Below, piece by piece: positions 11,009-21,571 of a stretch of DNA of 64,000 bases. Made by a program: the position numbers and the translations under genes. The DNA comes from Candidatus Poseidoniaceae archaeon. Lineage in GTDB: Archaea; Thermoplasmatota; Poseidoniia; Poseidoniales; Poseidoniaceae. The notes below the pieces were generated by a model. It did no database searches. It had not been told where the DNA came from and was given only the letters and a program-made list of their open reading frames with translations. Position 1 is the stretch's first letter; every line of letters starts with the position of its first letter. The DNA lies in the NCBI GenBank assembly GCA_965662895.1, contig CBFIJH010000007.1, positions 1 through 64,000 of the forward strand, in the 5' to 3' direction.

Positions 11009-11112
11009 ATCACTCCCAAACATGAACCACATTTGAGCGCATCGACGGATGCATGGACAATTGTTGCATCGCTACACCTATGAGAAATAGCCTCAAGGCT
11101 CGGACGAAGTCG

Positions 11113-12393
11113 ATGCTCTCCAACATCCGTGAATGGCTCATGTTGAGTAAAAAAAGAGGCATGAAACTAGGTTTAGAGCGCGTCCAATTGGCTCATCAAA
11201 CCCTTCTTGGCGAGCCATATGAATCATCGATTCTTCACATTGCTGGAAGCAACGGGAAAGGAACATTGTGTGCAACCTTGGGGGCTTTTTTGAACGCTCG
11301 AGGTCATTCAACGGTGATGTTTACATCACCACATCTTGTTCGAGTTGAAGAGCGAATTCGAATCGATGGCCGACCGATCGGTTCTCGAGAATTTGACAAT
11401 CTTTTGTCCGAGGTACGAGAGGTCGAACGTCTGAAAAACATCGAATTGACGTTTTTCGAAATCACCTTCCTTGTCGCTTGCCTTTGTGCACATCGCAGCA
11501 ATGTCGCCTATTTTCTGGTTGAAACAGGTCTTGGAGGGCGGTTCGACGCCACCCGGATTCTTCCCGCAGATGTTTGCATTCTCACCTCACTAGCCCTTGA
11601 ACATCAAGATATCTTGGGCGAAACGCTCGCTGACATCGCTTCTGAAAAGGCAGCTATAGCGCGACCAGGCCGGCCATTGATCGTGCGTGAAGTTCTCGAT
11701 GATGCAGCAATCAAGGCGATTGAGGTTGAAGCGAAGAATGCAGGTCGGATGGAACTTGGTGAAAAAAAGCAAGAAGCAGGTCTTCAATGGGTCAGTATTC
11801 CAGAAAACACATCCATTGAACGAGAAGCAGTTCTTCTCGCAGAAGCGACAATTTCGGTCTTAGGTATGGATGCAAGTGGGCTTGAGCAAGCAATACAGAA
11901 TATGACGTGGCCGGGTCGTATGCAAGACATCCCAACGAACTGGAAAGGTACAATCCTGTTCGATGCGGCGCACAATCCGAGTGGACTTCAGAACGTTGCT
12001 CCTCTGCTTCAGAAGAGAATCGAGAATGAACAATCTTGGGTCCTTGTCTTTGGTTGCACGCCGCAAAAGGACTTGTCGTTTTTTTCGAAACCTTTGATGC
12101 ATCTGTGCAAGAACAAACCACCTGAACACATCGTTCTCACCAAACCACAGTTTGGACGATACCCTGGCGTGTCAATTCATCAATTGCAGGAACTTGGCTG
12201 GCCCTCATCAAGTATGGTGCATGAACACGAACATGCTGCAGATGCCTATGCCTTCCTACGCAAACTTCAACCAAGTTTTGCAATCGTCCTAGGTTCGTTG
12301 TATCTCGTTGGCGAGATGTATGAAACCATGGGGTTGTGGGGTACTGAACATATGGAATTGTTTCCTGCAAAGACTCAAAGAGATGAAGCCTAA
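11113..12393 (+). CDS. folC: Folylpolyglutamate synthase / dihydrofolate synthase
   Basis: HIAGSNGKG, FTSPHL..VEERI, ETGLGGRFDAT, WPGRMQ, DAAHNP, GSLYLVG; start uncertain (11080-11140). Confidence 0.92.
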   Translation: MLSNIREWLMLSKKRGMKLGLERVQLAHQTLLGEPYESSILHIAGSNGKGTLCATLGAFLNARGHSTVMFTSPHLVRVEERIRIDGRPIGSREFDNLLSEVREVERLKNIELTFFEITFLVACLCAHRSNVAYFLVETGLGGRFDATRILPADVCILTSLALEHQDILGETLADIASEKAAIARPGRPLIVREVLDDAAIKAIEVEAKNAGRMELGEKKQEAGLQWVSIPENTSIEREAVLLAEATISVLGMDASGLEQAIQNMTWPGRMQDIPTNWKGTILFDAAHNPSGLQNVAPLLQKRIENEQSWVLVFGCTPQKDLSFFSKPLMHLCKNKPPEHIVLTKPQFGRYPGVSIHQLQELGWPSSSMVHEHEHAADAYAFLRKLQPSFAIVLGSLYLVGEMYETMGLWGTEHMELFPAKTQRDEA

Positions 12394-12410
12394 CCCGCAA
12401 ACTGGTCATC

Positions 12411-12857
12411 ATGGGTTCGAAGTGGGATATGCGGTTTCTTGAATTGGCCCAACACATCAGTTCATGGAGCAAAGATCCCTCAACAAAAGTTGGATGTGTC
12501 GTTGTCGGTTTGGACCGAGAGATTCGGTCGACTGGATTCAATGGGTTTCCTCGCGGCATCGAAGATTCCATAGAACGACTGGAAGATCGCGAGGAAAAAT
12601 ATCCATTGATTTGCCATGCTGAAGAGAATGCAATCATGCACGCAGCCCGTATCGGTGTTTCACTCAAAGATTGCACAGCCTATGTGACTTGGCCTCCATG
12701 CACACGATGCGCCCGTTCGTTGATTCAGGCCGGTATTGTCGAAGTGGTGTATGCTGGAACAGGGAACATTCCAGAACGATGGATGGAGGACTTTACTCGG
12801 TCAACCAACATGATGAAGGAAGCAGGAATCCGACTACGGAACGTCGAATTTGAGTAA
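12411..12857 (+). CDS. dCMP deaminase family protein
   Basis: SKDPSTKVG, GFNGFPRG, HAEENA, PCTRC zinc motifs. Confidence 0.93.
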   Translation: MGSKWDMRFLELAQHISSWSKDPSTKVGCVVVGLDREIRSTGFNGFPRGIEDSIERLEDREEKYPLICHAEENAIMHAARIGVSLKDCTAYVTWPPCTRCARSLIQAGIVEVVYAGTGNIPERWMEDFTRSTNMMKEAGIRLRNVEFE

Positions 12858-15800
12858 CTATCCCCAGAACCGTCGGGTTCGCGCGTATTCAATTTCTGCG
12901 TGATGAATGGACTGCAGCAAACTCTCAAGATTTTTGTTGTGACCCTTTCGAAGAATTCTCTGTGCTGTGGCTTCCCCAACTCCTCGAGCCATGAGGCATA
13001 CGATGGCATGGAAGCCGTGTGTTTTGAGCAGTGAAGCATTACGAATCATCCGATTTCGATCGCTTTCTTCCTCAGATGCGACCCAATCTTCAAGCATTTT
13101 TTCCAAACCTTCTCGCGCACAGACCAACATTTGGCCTTTGCAAGCGATGCATTCAGCCGGATTTTTCAATTCAGGGTAACGTTCAACTCGAAATCGTCGA
13201 ATTGCTCGACATTTCAAACAGCAGAGAACAGCCCGCTCGTTTAGCAAACGCAGACGTAAGCGTGCTCGAACGGCCTCATTGTCCCAGTTCGGTAGCAACA
13301 AGTCACGTTGACTCCGATCCGAAAGACCGAGCGGTCCTGCAGGGGTTACAATGACATCAAGGAGGCCTGATTGGATGCCCCGAAGAACATCCTTAGCGCC
13401 CTCAATATCCATTCGTTCGAAGTAGAGCTTGTTGAGAACTTCCTCAAGAACAATGGTTCCACGGTATTTTCGAACCAGTGCGCCAAGGTTGATTTTACGA
13501 GGGTCGACACCATGTCGAAGAATTCCGAATGTTTTCGCAACCTGCGCAAAACGCCACCGAACTTGACGAGAATTCGGGAGTGTAACGGAAAGAAGCCCTT
13601 CGATTCCATCAGCCGGAAGTTCATTCAGCCAGTCAACAACATCTTCAGGTTCGATGTCAGCACCGGAGATGTGGATACGTGTTGCTTCAACCATCAAGCC
13701 ACCCCATTTTCCGGTTCGTGTTGAGGCCATCGCAAGCAGGAGATGACCAATTGTTTCGTTGATGAGCGTACCTTGACACATATTGATGACAAGTGCCTCT
13801 GAACGTCGCTCAATGGTGATTGTTTGCTGGTCGGGCAGACTTTCCGTAGCGTCGATGTGTCGAGTTATGGTGTCCGCAAGAAGACCTATCGCCTCACCAT
13901 CAAGAGGATAGGAGGTCAATGGTTGATCATCATGGGCCAGTAGTCCAGCAACATCGATTTGTTCGCTTTCAATCCGTTCAATCAGACCAAAGTCTTCGGC
14001 AATCAACCGACGCAAACGTCCGATATTCCGAGCAATCACTGCTGGAACTGGCGGCAATTCACCCACCCAAGTCGGGGCTTCACCTTGCATGGAGACTGGA
14101 GCAACCAACACTTCACTTTGCTCAGGATCAGCATCAACGATGGTCCAGGTACGACCTGCCATGACGAATTGTCGGATTCGCCCGTCCTCTTCTTCTCCAC
14201 TTCCGTTCAGTTCGAGAACAAATGCTTCGTCCACGTTTCCAATGGTACGACGTGTCACCACATCACGTACTCGATACGATTGTTTGTCAGGAATCATCGA
14301 AAGGTGATGTTCAACCCATCGCCGAGTGCGTCCAGCAGAGGCGAACCAACCGTCTTTGAATTGCTGAGGCACGGGCATTCGCATGCTTTTGTATTCAACA
14401 GGGATGTCCTCATCAGCGACATCGTATCGTGGCAACTCCTCTGGCCACGTGTCTCCATCGGGAATCGCCTCTTTCGCAGCAAGGTACAGGTGTTTTGGCC
14501 ATCGATACCATGGTGTCTCATCTGGAGCAAGGGCATAACGTAAGAGCCATCGATCGGAAAGAACAGCGAGTACATTCTCCGTATCCTTACGAGTCCAATC
14601 CTCAAATTGCTCCGTCTTTGAAAAAATCTCATGAACATCATCGATTCGGACAACCTTGAAACTATGCGCCATGAGCATAATCTGGTTCGCAGCGATGCTG
14701 TATGGGCGAGATCTCCATTCAACATCTTCAATCGAACCTTGATGTGAGCGATGTGCAATCACTGCAGATTCAGCAATTCCATCGGTTTCCCAAGCTAGCA
14801 GATGACCACGTCCGATTCCACCAATACGGTGATCGGCTCGACCAACCCGTTGCAACATTCGATCGACCGACCTTGGACTCTCGAGTTGAACAATTTTCCG
14901 AATCGATCCAACGTCAATCCCCAGTTCAAGGCTCGATGTACAAATCAAGGCTTGTAAGGTGCCATTGCGAATGTTTTCTTCCATCTCTTGCCGGGTTTCT
15001 GCAGCAAGGCTCCCATGATGCACACCAACGGAGAGATGTGGAGCCATTGTCTGCAATCGTTGTGCAACGGTTTCCGAAGCGTTCCGACTGTTCACGAAAA
15101 CGAGGCAAGGAGGATCGTTTTCGACAATTTCTGCTAACAGTCGAAAGGTTGCATGTGCTCGAGGAGACAATCGCATCTCCATCGCACCGACTTCGTCTTC
15201 AGCAAGCGGAGGCGCTGTTTCGACGGTCAACACGGTCGACCGCTCAGCAGGTGCCAGAATCGCTTCACATGAATCGCCTGAAATCCACGATGCTACCTGC
15301 TGCGGATTGCCTACTGTAGCAGAAAGTCCGACCTTCTGCAGTGTTCGTCCACACAGTGCTTCAAGACGTTGCAAACCGAGTCGCAATTGCCAACCGCGTT
15401 CACCTGCTGCCAAATCATGGACTTCATCAATAATCACAGCTTGGACAGATGATAGCATTGCACGTAAACGATGACCAGTGAACATGAGTTGGAAGGTTTC
15501 TGGTGTTGTAACAAGAAGGTGAGGTGGACGACGAGCCTGACGAGAGCGCTCACTTGTCGGTGTGTCTCCGTGACGAAGTGCAAATCGCAAATCAAGCACC
15601 TCACTCAGTTCTGCAAGTCGACGATCGACGTCGCGATTTAATGCTCGTAACGGAGTAATGTACAAGATAGACAGTGGCTTCCATTCTTCAACTTTGCATC
15701 GATGAAGCAAAGGAAGAACAGCAGCGAGGGTCTTCCCCGAACCAGTAGGAGCAATCAGTAATCGTTCCATACCAGCAATGAGATCAGGAAGCGCTTCTTC

Positions 15801-15881
15801 TTGCACGGGTGTTGGTTCCCACTCACGATCTGAGAGAAAAGTCTGGAGTTGGGGATGCAGAAGCGAAAAAACATCCGACAT
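12858..15881 (-). CDS. lhr: Lhr-like DEAD/DEAH-box helicase with C-terminal zinc finger
   Basis: APTGSGKT, TPLRALNRD, DEVH, SAT, HHGSL, SLELGIDVG, QRVGRA; CLKC..CIAC and GVG HhH-like end; start moved to 15881. Confidence 0.92.
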   Translation of the reverse strand: MSDVFSLLHPQLQTFLSDREWEPTPVQEEALPDLIAGMERLLIAPTGSGKTLAAVLPLLHRCKVEEWKPLSILYITPLRALNRDVDRRLAELSEVLDLRFALRHGDTPTSERSRQARRPPHLLVTTPETFQLMFTGHRLRAMLSSVQAVIIDEVHDLAAGERGWQLRLGLQRLEALCGRTLQKVGLSATVGNPQQVASWISGDSCEAILAPAERSTVLTVETAPPLAEDEVGAMEMRLSPRAHATFRLLAEIVENDPPCLVFVNSRNASETVAQRLQTMAPHLSVGVHHGSLAAETRQEMEENIRNGTLQALICTSSLELGIDVGSIRKIVQLESPRSVDRMLQRVGRADHRIGGIGRGHLLAWETDGIAESAVIAHRSHQGSIEDVEWRSRPYSIAANQIMLMAHSFKVVRIDDVHEIFSKTEQFEDWTRKDTENVLAVLSDRWLLRYALAPDETPWYRWPKHLYLAAKEAIPDGDTWPEELPRYDVADEDIPVEYKSMRMPVPQQFKDGWFASAGRTRRWVEHHLSMIPDKQSYRVRDVVTRRTIGNVDEAFVLELNGSGEEEDGRIRQFVMAGRTWTIVDADPEQSEVLVAPVSMQGEAPTWVGELPPVPAVIARNIGRLRRLIAEDFGLIERIESEQIDVAGLLAHDDQPLTSYPLDGEAIGLLADTITRHIDATESLPDQQTITIERRSEALVINMCQGTLINETIGHLLLAMASTRTGKWGGLMVEATRIHISGADIEPEDVVDWLNELPADGIEGLLSVTLPNSRQVRWRFAQVAKTFGILRHGVDPRKINLGALVRKYRGTIVLEEVLNKLYFERMDIEGAKDVLRGIQSGLLDVIVTPAGPLGLSDRSQRDLLLPNWDNEAVRARLRLRLLNERAVLCCLKCRAIRRFRVERYPELKNPAECIACKGQMLVCAREGLEKMLEDWVASEEESDRNRMIRNASLLKTHGFHAIVCLMARGVGEATAQRILRKGHNKNLESLLQSIHHAEIEYARTRRFWG

Positions 15882-15949
15882 ACTCTCCCCACCCCTGTGG
15901 AGTATTCTGCCTGCCCACCCTTCTTGAGCGTTTGTTACTGCGAGGAGAC

Positions 15950-18900
15950 TCAATCATCGTCGTAATCGTCGTCGTCATCATCGTCGTAATCGTCGTCGTC
16001 ATCTTCCCAGTCCATTTCTTCATCTTCAGCAAATGCACCATCGCCGAGGTCGACTGCTGTGCGGCTTGCAACCGTTGCTACAGCGATGAGAATAAAGATG
16101 GTTGAAAGAGCAAAAATCCAAGCCAATGGGTGCTCACGAGGAGAATCCAACCAGCCGAGATATTGCCCATAGGCGATGTTAATGTCGTGTTCTGCAGTGT
16201 TGTCGTTATCGTTCACTTCGACCAAAACATTGCCATAATCGACTTCAACTCGAATCCGATCAACGTTCTCAACATCCCAATTCACGGTGACAGGGATACT
16301 CTCGCCACCCTCAATGCCGACAATTGCCTTGACATCGAATGGTTCATCGGAATTGCCTGCAAAGAAGGCGACCTTGAATTGCGAAGTTGTCGGTCCGCCG
16401 TTGTTCACAACGGTCGCAGTAATCTCAACATCGGTGCCTGGAGAAACGTGATCGTCAGACACTGTGATGGATTGGACTCGAAGTTCAGGACCAACAGCCC
16501 CCAAACGCACCCATTGACGTTCAAAGTCCGTATCATCAAAGGCCAATTCAGGAATCGGACTTGCTTCTGAATTCGAAACAACAGGGAATTGATTGCCTGC
16601 AGCATCCCAACCCGTCATGTAAAATCCAACGAAATCGCCTGCTTGAGGCGTAACGGTTCCACCAGCAGTGATGTCCACTTCACCGGTCCAAAGGACCGTT
16701 TGACCATCCTGCTGCATACCGAGCAAGGAAGAGCCGGCTCCGATGGTGACGGTGCGAGTTTGGTCACGCATGACCCAATGAATCATTTGTTCTGAACCCG
16801 TCAAATCCGCATCTTCCGAACCTTGGAATTCAACATAGATGGAACTCAAATCGTTCGATGGGGATACATCGATAACGTTCAACGGGGCCATTCGGCGCAC
16901 AACGCGTGGAGCAGCATCATCAACGGTAACCCGCAACGTGGTTGAAACGAGGGTTCCAGTCATATCTTCACCACGACCAGGGATGTTTGTAATCGAAATT
17001 AAGCATGTTCGCGTAGGTGATGATTGCAACGTCTTTGCAGAATCGAGAGGAACTTCAATCAGGTATTCGCCATCTTTCGTGAGCGAACCATCACTCCACA
17101 GCTTCTCTCCGTCGAAGACCTCAACGAGAATACCAACATCACGAGGAGCAGGAACATCACTGCCTTCGTAAACAACACGACCGCTAAAGGCGAGACGGTC
17201 ATCCTTGCGGATTCGAGTACCATCGGCCACTGGACCCGTTCGAGGTTCGCTTACGTCTTCCACCAGATAATCCGTTGGTGCGAGAATGAAATCGTTCTCA
17301 ACTCGGAAGGTATGCTCGAGAATCAGCAATTCCCTGTCTTCGGGAGAACCACGCTCTTTGAACAACAATGCCAAGTCACCCATCTCTTCATCGGGCCAAT
17401 CCCAATCAAAGACGAAATTGTAGGTAACGATGATCCAAGGCAGGCCGGATTCATTCGTTGTCTGCCGCATCATGCTGGTTGGTAAGAGGTGAATGTACTC
17501 ACTCTCGCTCCAGAATGTGTCGTTTACACCAGAGTACGAAATCCGCTGAGCGTCGCGGCTTGGGTTTGGACCCTCAAAGTCAAACACGAGTGAAATGTGT
17601 TCGAAATCAATCGCAGTGTTTGCATCGATGAATCCGACTGTAATGGACTGCTCAAGGCCAGCGAAGACAGGTTCATCGTCGGAGTGTCCAACCCATTCAA
17701 GACCGGTGAAGATTGCCGCTGCGTCCTTCCGGGTTTGGAATGTAGCATCATCAAAAGCGAAACCTGGACCCGAGTTGAACGTATACATGATGCCCTCTTC
17801 ATCGTATTGTGTGTAGTAGACAGGATTGCCTGCCTGATCGCCACCTTGCCAGTAGTAAGAGACGCGACCCATGTTTGGATTACGTGAATGGTCGATGGTG
17901 GTGATGAACAACTTGCTCTTGCTTTGCGTCATGTTGGTGACACGCTTGCTCGCATATTCAGATTCATCCGCAATTCCGTTGCGATTGAGATCGTGATCGG
18001 CTTCGACCCAGTACATGAGTGTCAATTCCATCGGAACACCGACTTCATCGTACACGTTGATGCGCACTTCTTGCTGATTGACACCGGCTTCGTACGATCC
18101 ATCTGCTGGGAAAACCGAACGACGTTCTGGAGGTGTTGCATCGACTCGGAAGGTTCGACTCCAATCAGAGTTCGGTTCCATGACGTGCGTTGGATTGCGT
18201 TCGTTGTAGGTTTGGACTTCGTAGGTCAGACCATCGGGAACATCGATGTTTGGCGTAACGACACTGATGAAGAACGAACCGTTGTTGTTTGTTGTGTCTC
18301 TTGCCGTCGATTCAACCCAGCCGTTACGGGAAACTCGAACATCGAACGCACTGTCAAGTGGTGCATCGTCCGTATCCATGAACCACATGGCTCCTTGGAA
18401 GTGCAGTGTTTCACCTGCAGCAACCCATGCATTGTTCGGAACATCGTCCCGCACGAGAGCACCTTCATTGTCACGTACCTTCAACCAACCGAGGCCGAAG
18501 GTTCGGTTGACTTCCAAACCCTCACTGCTGATTAAATCAAGAGGAGAATATCCTGCTGAACCACTATCATCCAAACATCCGGTTTTGAATCGAACGTTGG
18601 TTTGGTCTGGGAATTCACTGGTAACACGGAACAACCAGTGGATTTCAAGGATGCTGTTGTTGAGAATCGAATACGAATTCCCATCCATAACGATGTATCC
18701 CTCAGGATCGTTCGGGGATGGGAATATGTCCCCATCCTGCCAGAACATTGTCGGATTGGTACTCGGAGAATTCGTCATGAGCGTAAGCGTAGCTTCACGA
18801 ATCTTCGTAGCGCTCTCACCAACGATGTGGCGGGTGATGACTTCGTACGGTTGCGTACGCTCATGCAGGATTTCGCCTTCAGGAATGTTCAATTCAAGGT

Positions 18901-21046
18901 TCACCGTTTGGATGGTGTATGTGACGCTAAACGAGGTAAGTGTAAGGATTCCACTGCTGTCGGAGGTTAGATCGATTGGAATATCAATAAAACCAGCACC
19001 GGTATCTGGAATACGGTCATTGAATCCTTTGATGATGGCATCGTTTGAATTCACCGCGACGATGCTCTTTGTCCCGACCAACGGTCCGGTTTCTTTCCAA
19101 CCAACGGTTGGTGTAAGCGGAGGATTGAACCCATCCGGAATCGGTGATGGCGTGTGGATTTCAAATCCAGGATTTTCGGGGGCATTGCTATGCAGCGCCA
19201 CTTGGATGTCATGCAAAACAGGAGTGTAGCCAGTATTGCTCGTTGAAAACAAGACTTTGAGGCAAAGGTATCCGAAACTTGGTGTTGTGAATGCCTTGGT
19301 GGTTCCGCTCTGTCCAAATGTGGTCAACCCACTACTGCACAAGCTCGAGGAACTTCCTCCAAGTTGGACAGAGATGGATGTACTTGCAGGTATCGTGGCG
19401 TTGTAGTTGATGGTCGCAGCCACATAGGATGGGAATGGGTTGTTGTAGTTTGAGCGAACGTAGAAATTGCCGCTGGTGAAGAAACTTGTTGTGTATTGAA
19501 TCGTGACTTGATCGAGAATGGGCGTCTCGGTTGATGTACCGTTCAATGTGGCCCGCCATGTGACTTTGTTTCCTGTGGCTGCAAAGGTCTTTGAAGAGCC
19601 CACTGTGATGGATTTCCAAGTCACACCATCATCGTTTGAAACATCGATGTCGATTGAGGTTCCCGAGGGGATGAAGCCTATGGCACCTTCGAGTTTAATT
19701 TCGTCAATCATTCGGCTGGTCGTTGTCGTTTGACCGTAGACAGTGCTTGTTGTTGCGGTTGGTGTGCGGCTGTCGGTAAGACTTCCATCGCCCCACTTGT
19801 GAATGTCTCTTTGGACAGAGTTGCAGTAGGAAACATGGTAGCAGGAATAGTAGATTTTTCCATCATCTTCGATTTGGTTGATACCGTAATGTCCGCCGTT
19901 TGGCATTTCTTGTGTACCCATTTTCTGAAGACTAAACCCGTTCATATTGAAATGATGATGGCGCGAGCCTTGGACGTTGTACTCATTGAGGATAATTCTC
20001 GGTAAGTCAACGACCAACCCTGAGTTTGAATTTCCTGCAGTGGATGTGGTTTTGTAATTGTAGTCCGATGCAGAACCGAGTGACCATGTAGAATTGACAG
20101 AGGTTGGATTGGCTGGATTAACTTCGAGGAGATGGCGCGTGTAGGAAAATCGATCTTGATAACTGACAAACATTTTGCCTGTATCTTCATCAAAGTCCAC
20201 TCCTGTGAGGTATCCGTAACTACTCAAGTAGTAATCATCGGCGCATTGCCACTGGGTTTTCGCTGCATTAAGTGTCCATTTTGTAAGATAGTAGTAGGAA
20301 TAGGAAACGGTCCAGATGTTTCCATTCGGATCCATGGCTGCATCGTACCAGTACCTCGATGATGAGGATGAACATCCTGTAGTTACAATGCTTGCTGTGC
20401 CAAGCAACGCCCCTGTTGTAGCGTTGAATCGCTGTATGGTTGGGGCGGTGTACATCGACGTGCTCGAATAGCGAGTGGTATGTATTTCATCATCAGAAAC
20501 TGGGACAACAATGCCACGATAGTTCCAGCTTGCGCTTGATGAAACAGACAAATCAGTGAATTGCTTGGTGACACTGTTGTACCCCTGATCGCCCAAGGCA
20601 ACGAATTGGCCCGTGGAATTGAGCGTCGCCGCATTGCTGTTTGATAGGTCGTTGCTCGAACGGAAGCTTACTGCGGTATTGGTCGGATTTGCTTGCAAAC
20701 CGATTTCATCGTTTGAAGTTTCAAGATTCGATCTGGTTCCATACTGGAATGAGCCCGTTTGTTTGCTGGACCACGAACCGGTGCCAGCGCCACCAAAGTC
20801 GTTGTTGTTGGTGAAATTACTCCACGTTGTCGTGCTCGCCTCGCCTAGGAAATTGAACTGCGCAGAAGTTACCTCTGCACCATACGGGAACGTTATGACG
20901 CCTGCAGAGCCGTTGCCTTGGCCGTTGAAGGTATGTGTGTAGGAGGTTGAACCGCCTTTGAATTGGGTCTCCGTCGTCGCTGAGGAAGCGAGTGGGGCCA
21001 TGACAGATAGGAAAAAGAGGAGGACGAGGAAAACGGCTTTTCGCAT
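15950..21046 (-). CDS. Giant (~1700 aa) secreted, C-terminally anchored surface protein with beta-rich domains and CARDB domain
   Basis: Signal peptide MRKAVFLVLLFF, Ser/Thr-rich beta domains, CARDB pattern (PELRV..ITATVVNNG..VEVNDNDN), C-terminal TM, poly-Asp tail. Confidence 0.85.
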   Translation of the reverse strand: MRKAVFLVLLFFLSVMAPLASSATTETQFKGGSTSYTHTFNGQGNGSAGVITFPYGAEVTSAQFNFLGEASTTTWSNFTNNNDFGGAGTGSWSSKQTGSFQYGTRSNLETSNDEIGLQANPTNTAVSFRSSNDLSNSNAATLNSTGQFVALGDQGYNSVTKQFTDLSVSSSASWNYRGIVVPVSDDEIHTTRYSSTSMYTAPTIQRFNATTGALLGTASIVTTGCSSSSSRYWYDAAMDPNGNIWTVSYSYYYLTKWTLNAAKTQWQCADDYYLSSYGYLTGVDFDEDTGKMFVSYQDRFSYTRHLLEVNPANPTSVNSTWSLGSASDYNYKTTSTAGNSNSGLVVDLPRIILNEYNVQGSRHHHFNMNGFSLQKMGTQEMPNGGHYGINQIEDDGKIYYSCYHVSYCNSVQRDIHKWGDGSLTDSRTPTATTSTVYGQTTTTSRMIDEIKLEGAIGFIPSGTSIDIDVSNDDGVTWKSITVGSSKTFAATGNKVTWRATLNGTSTETPILDQVTIQYTTSFFTSGNFYVRSNYNNPFPSYVAATINYNATIPASTSISVQLGGSSSSLCSSGLTTFGQSGTTKAFTTPSFGYLCLKVLFSTSNTGYTPVLHDIQVALHSNAPENPGFEIHTPSPIPDGFNPPLTPTVGWKETGPLVGTKSIVAVNSNDAIIKGFNDRIPDTGAGFIDIPIDLTSDSSGILTLTSFSVTYTIQTVNLELNIPEGEILHERTQPYEVITRHIVGESATKIREATLTLMTNSPSTNPTMFWQDGDIFPSPNDPEGYIVMDGNSYSILNNSILEIHWLFRVTSEFPDQTNVRFKTGCLDDSGSAGYSPLDLISSEGLEVNRTFGLGWLKVRDNEGALVRDDVPNNAWVAAGETLHFQGAMWFMDTDDAPLDSAFDVRVSRNGWVESTARDTTNNNGSFFISVVTPNIDVPDGLTYEVQTYNERNPTHVMEPNSDWSRTFRVDATPPERRSVFPADGSYEAGVNQQEVRINVYDEVGVPMELTLMYWVEADHDLNRNGIADESEYASKRVTNMTQSKSKLFITTIDHSRNPNMGRVSYYWQGGDQAGNPVYYTQYDEEGIMYTFNSGPGFAFDDATFQTRKDAAAIFTGLEWVGHSDDEPVFAGLEQSITVGFIDANTAIDFEHISLVFDFEGPNPSRDAQRISYSGVNDTFWSESEYIHLLPTSMMRQTTNESGLPWIIVTYNFVFDWDWPDEEMGDLALLFKERGSPEDRELLILEHTFRVENDFILAPTDYLVEDVSEPRTGPVADGTRIRKDDRLAFSGRVVYEGSDVPAPRDVGILVEVFDGEKLWSDGSLTKDGEYLIEVPLDSAKTLQSSPTRTCLISITNIPGRGEDMTGTLVSTTLRVTVDDAAPRVVRRMAPLNVIDVSPSNDLSSIYVEFQGSEDADLTGSEQMIHWVMRDQTRTVTIGAGSSLLGMQQDGQTVLWTGEVDITAGGTVTPQAGDFVGFYMTGWDAAGNQFPVVSNSEASPIPELAFDDTDFERQWVRLGAVGPELRVQSITVSDDHVSPGTDVEITATVVNNGGPTTSQFKVAFFAGNSDEPFDVKAIVGIEGGESIPVTVNWDVENVDRIRVEVDYGNVLVEVNDNDNTAEHDINIAYGQYLGWLDSPREHPLAWIFALSTIFILIAVATVASRTAVDLGDGAFAEDEEMDWEDDDDDYDDDDDDDYDDD
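15954..16001. repeat. Perfect 24-bp tandem duplication within the poly-Asp tail codons
   Basis: tcatcgtcgtaatcgtcgtcgtca x2 (15954-15977, 15978-16001). Confidence 0.9.
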
Positions 21047-21172
21047 AGTGTACACATCCACTAGTTTCAACTATTTGCTTGTAGCATATCAACGCATCGG
21101 CGATTGGTCACTACGCAGCGTTCCGCAATCAATTTGAAGAACATCGTGCATAGCGGTGACTGAGGGCAAAAC

Positions 21173-21556
21173 ATGGCGGGTCTTTTTTCAAACTGGTGGG
21201 CTAACCAACATGGCCGACAGTACTCGATTTTAGCGACGTTCTTCTGGGCTTTTTTGGTTCTATTGCTTGCAGGATTATCGCAACTCCTCTTTCTTCAGGA
21301 CTCCGAAACATGGGGAGAGTACACAGGCGCTGCTATCGCAGTTCTCGTTGCAGGAGCGACGGGATTGATTTTTGTGACCCCCGAATTTTTGGTTTTCAAG
21401 GGCCATGTAAGCACCTTGGATGAGTTGTATGAAATCCAGAGCACTGCGGAATTGAAGCGTCGCCGCTCAGAAGGTGATCGCTCAGCAGCAGCTCTCGGAG
21501 CAGGCCATGAAGAGCGATGGAATGCGTTCCTTCAAGAACGTGGCCTGCGACGTTAA
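21173..21556 (+). CDS. Small two-TM membrane protein, function unknown
   Basis: Two hydrophobic helices plus charged tail; GAGG SD; upstream of signal peptidase. Confidence 0.75.
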   Translation: MAGLFSNWWANQHGRQYSILATFFWAFLVLLLAGLSQLLFLQDSETWGEYTGAAIAVLVAGATGLIFVTPEFLVFKGHVSTLDELYEIQSTAELKRRRSEGDRSAAALGAGHEERWNAFLQERGLRR

Positions 21557-21571
21557 CACGGCGGCGATTGT

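Noticed and set aside
15954-16003. Tandem repeat as possible CRISPR or mobile-element end
   Set aside because: No spacers; explained by Asp/Tyr codons of the protein tail
18246-19229. Long antisense and alternate-frame ORFs (e.g. 327 aa here, 264 aa at 43582-44376)
   Set aside because: Fully overlap well-supported genes and have no motifs; shadow ORFs
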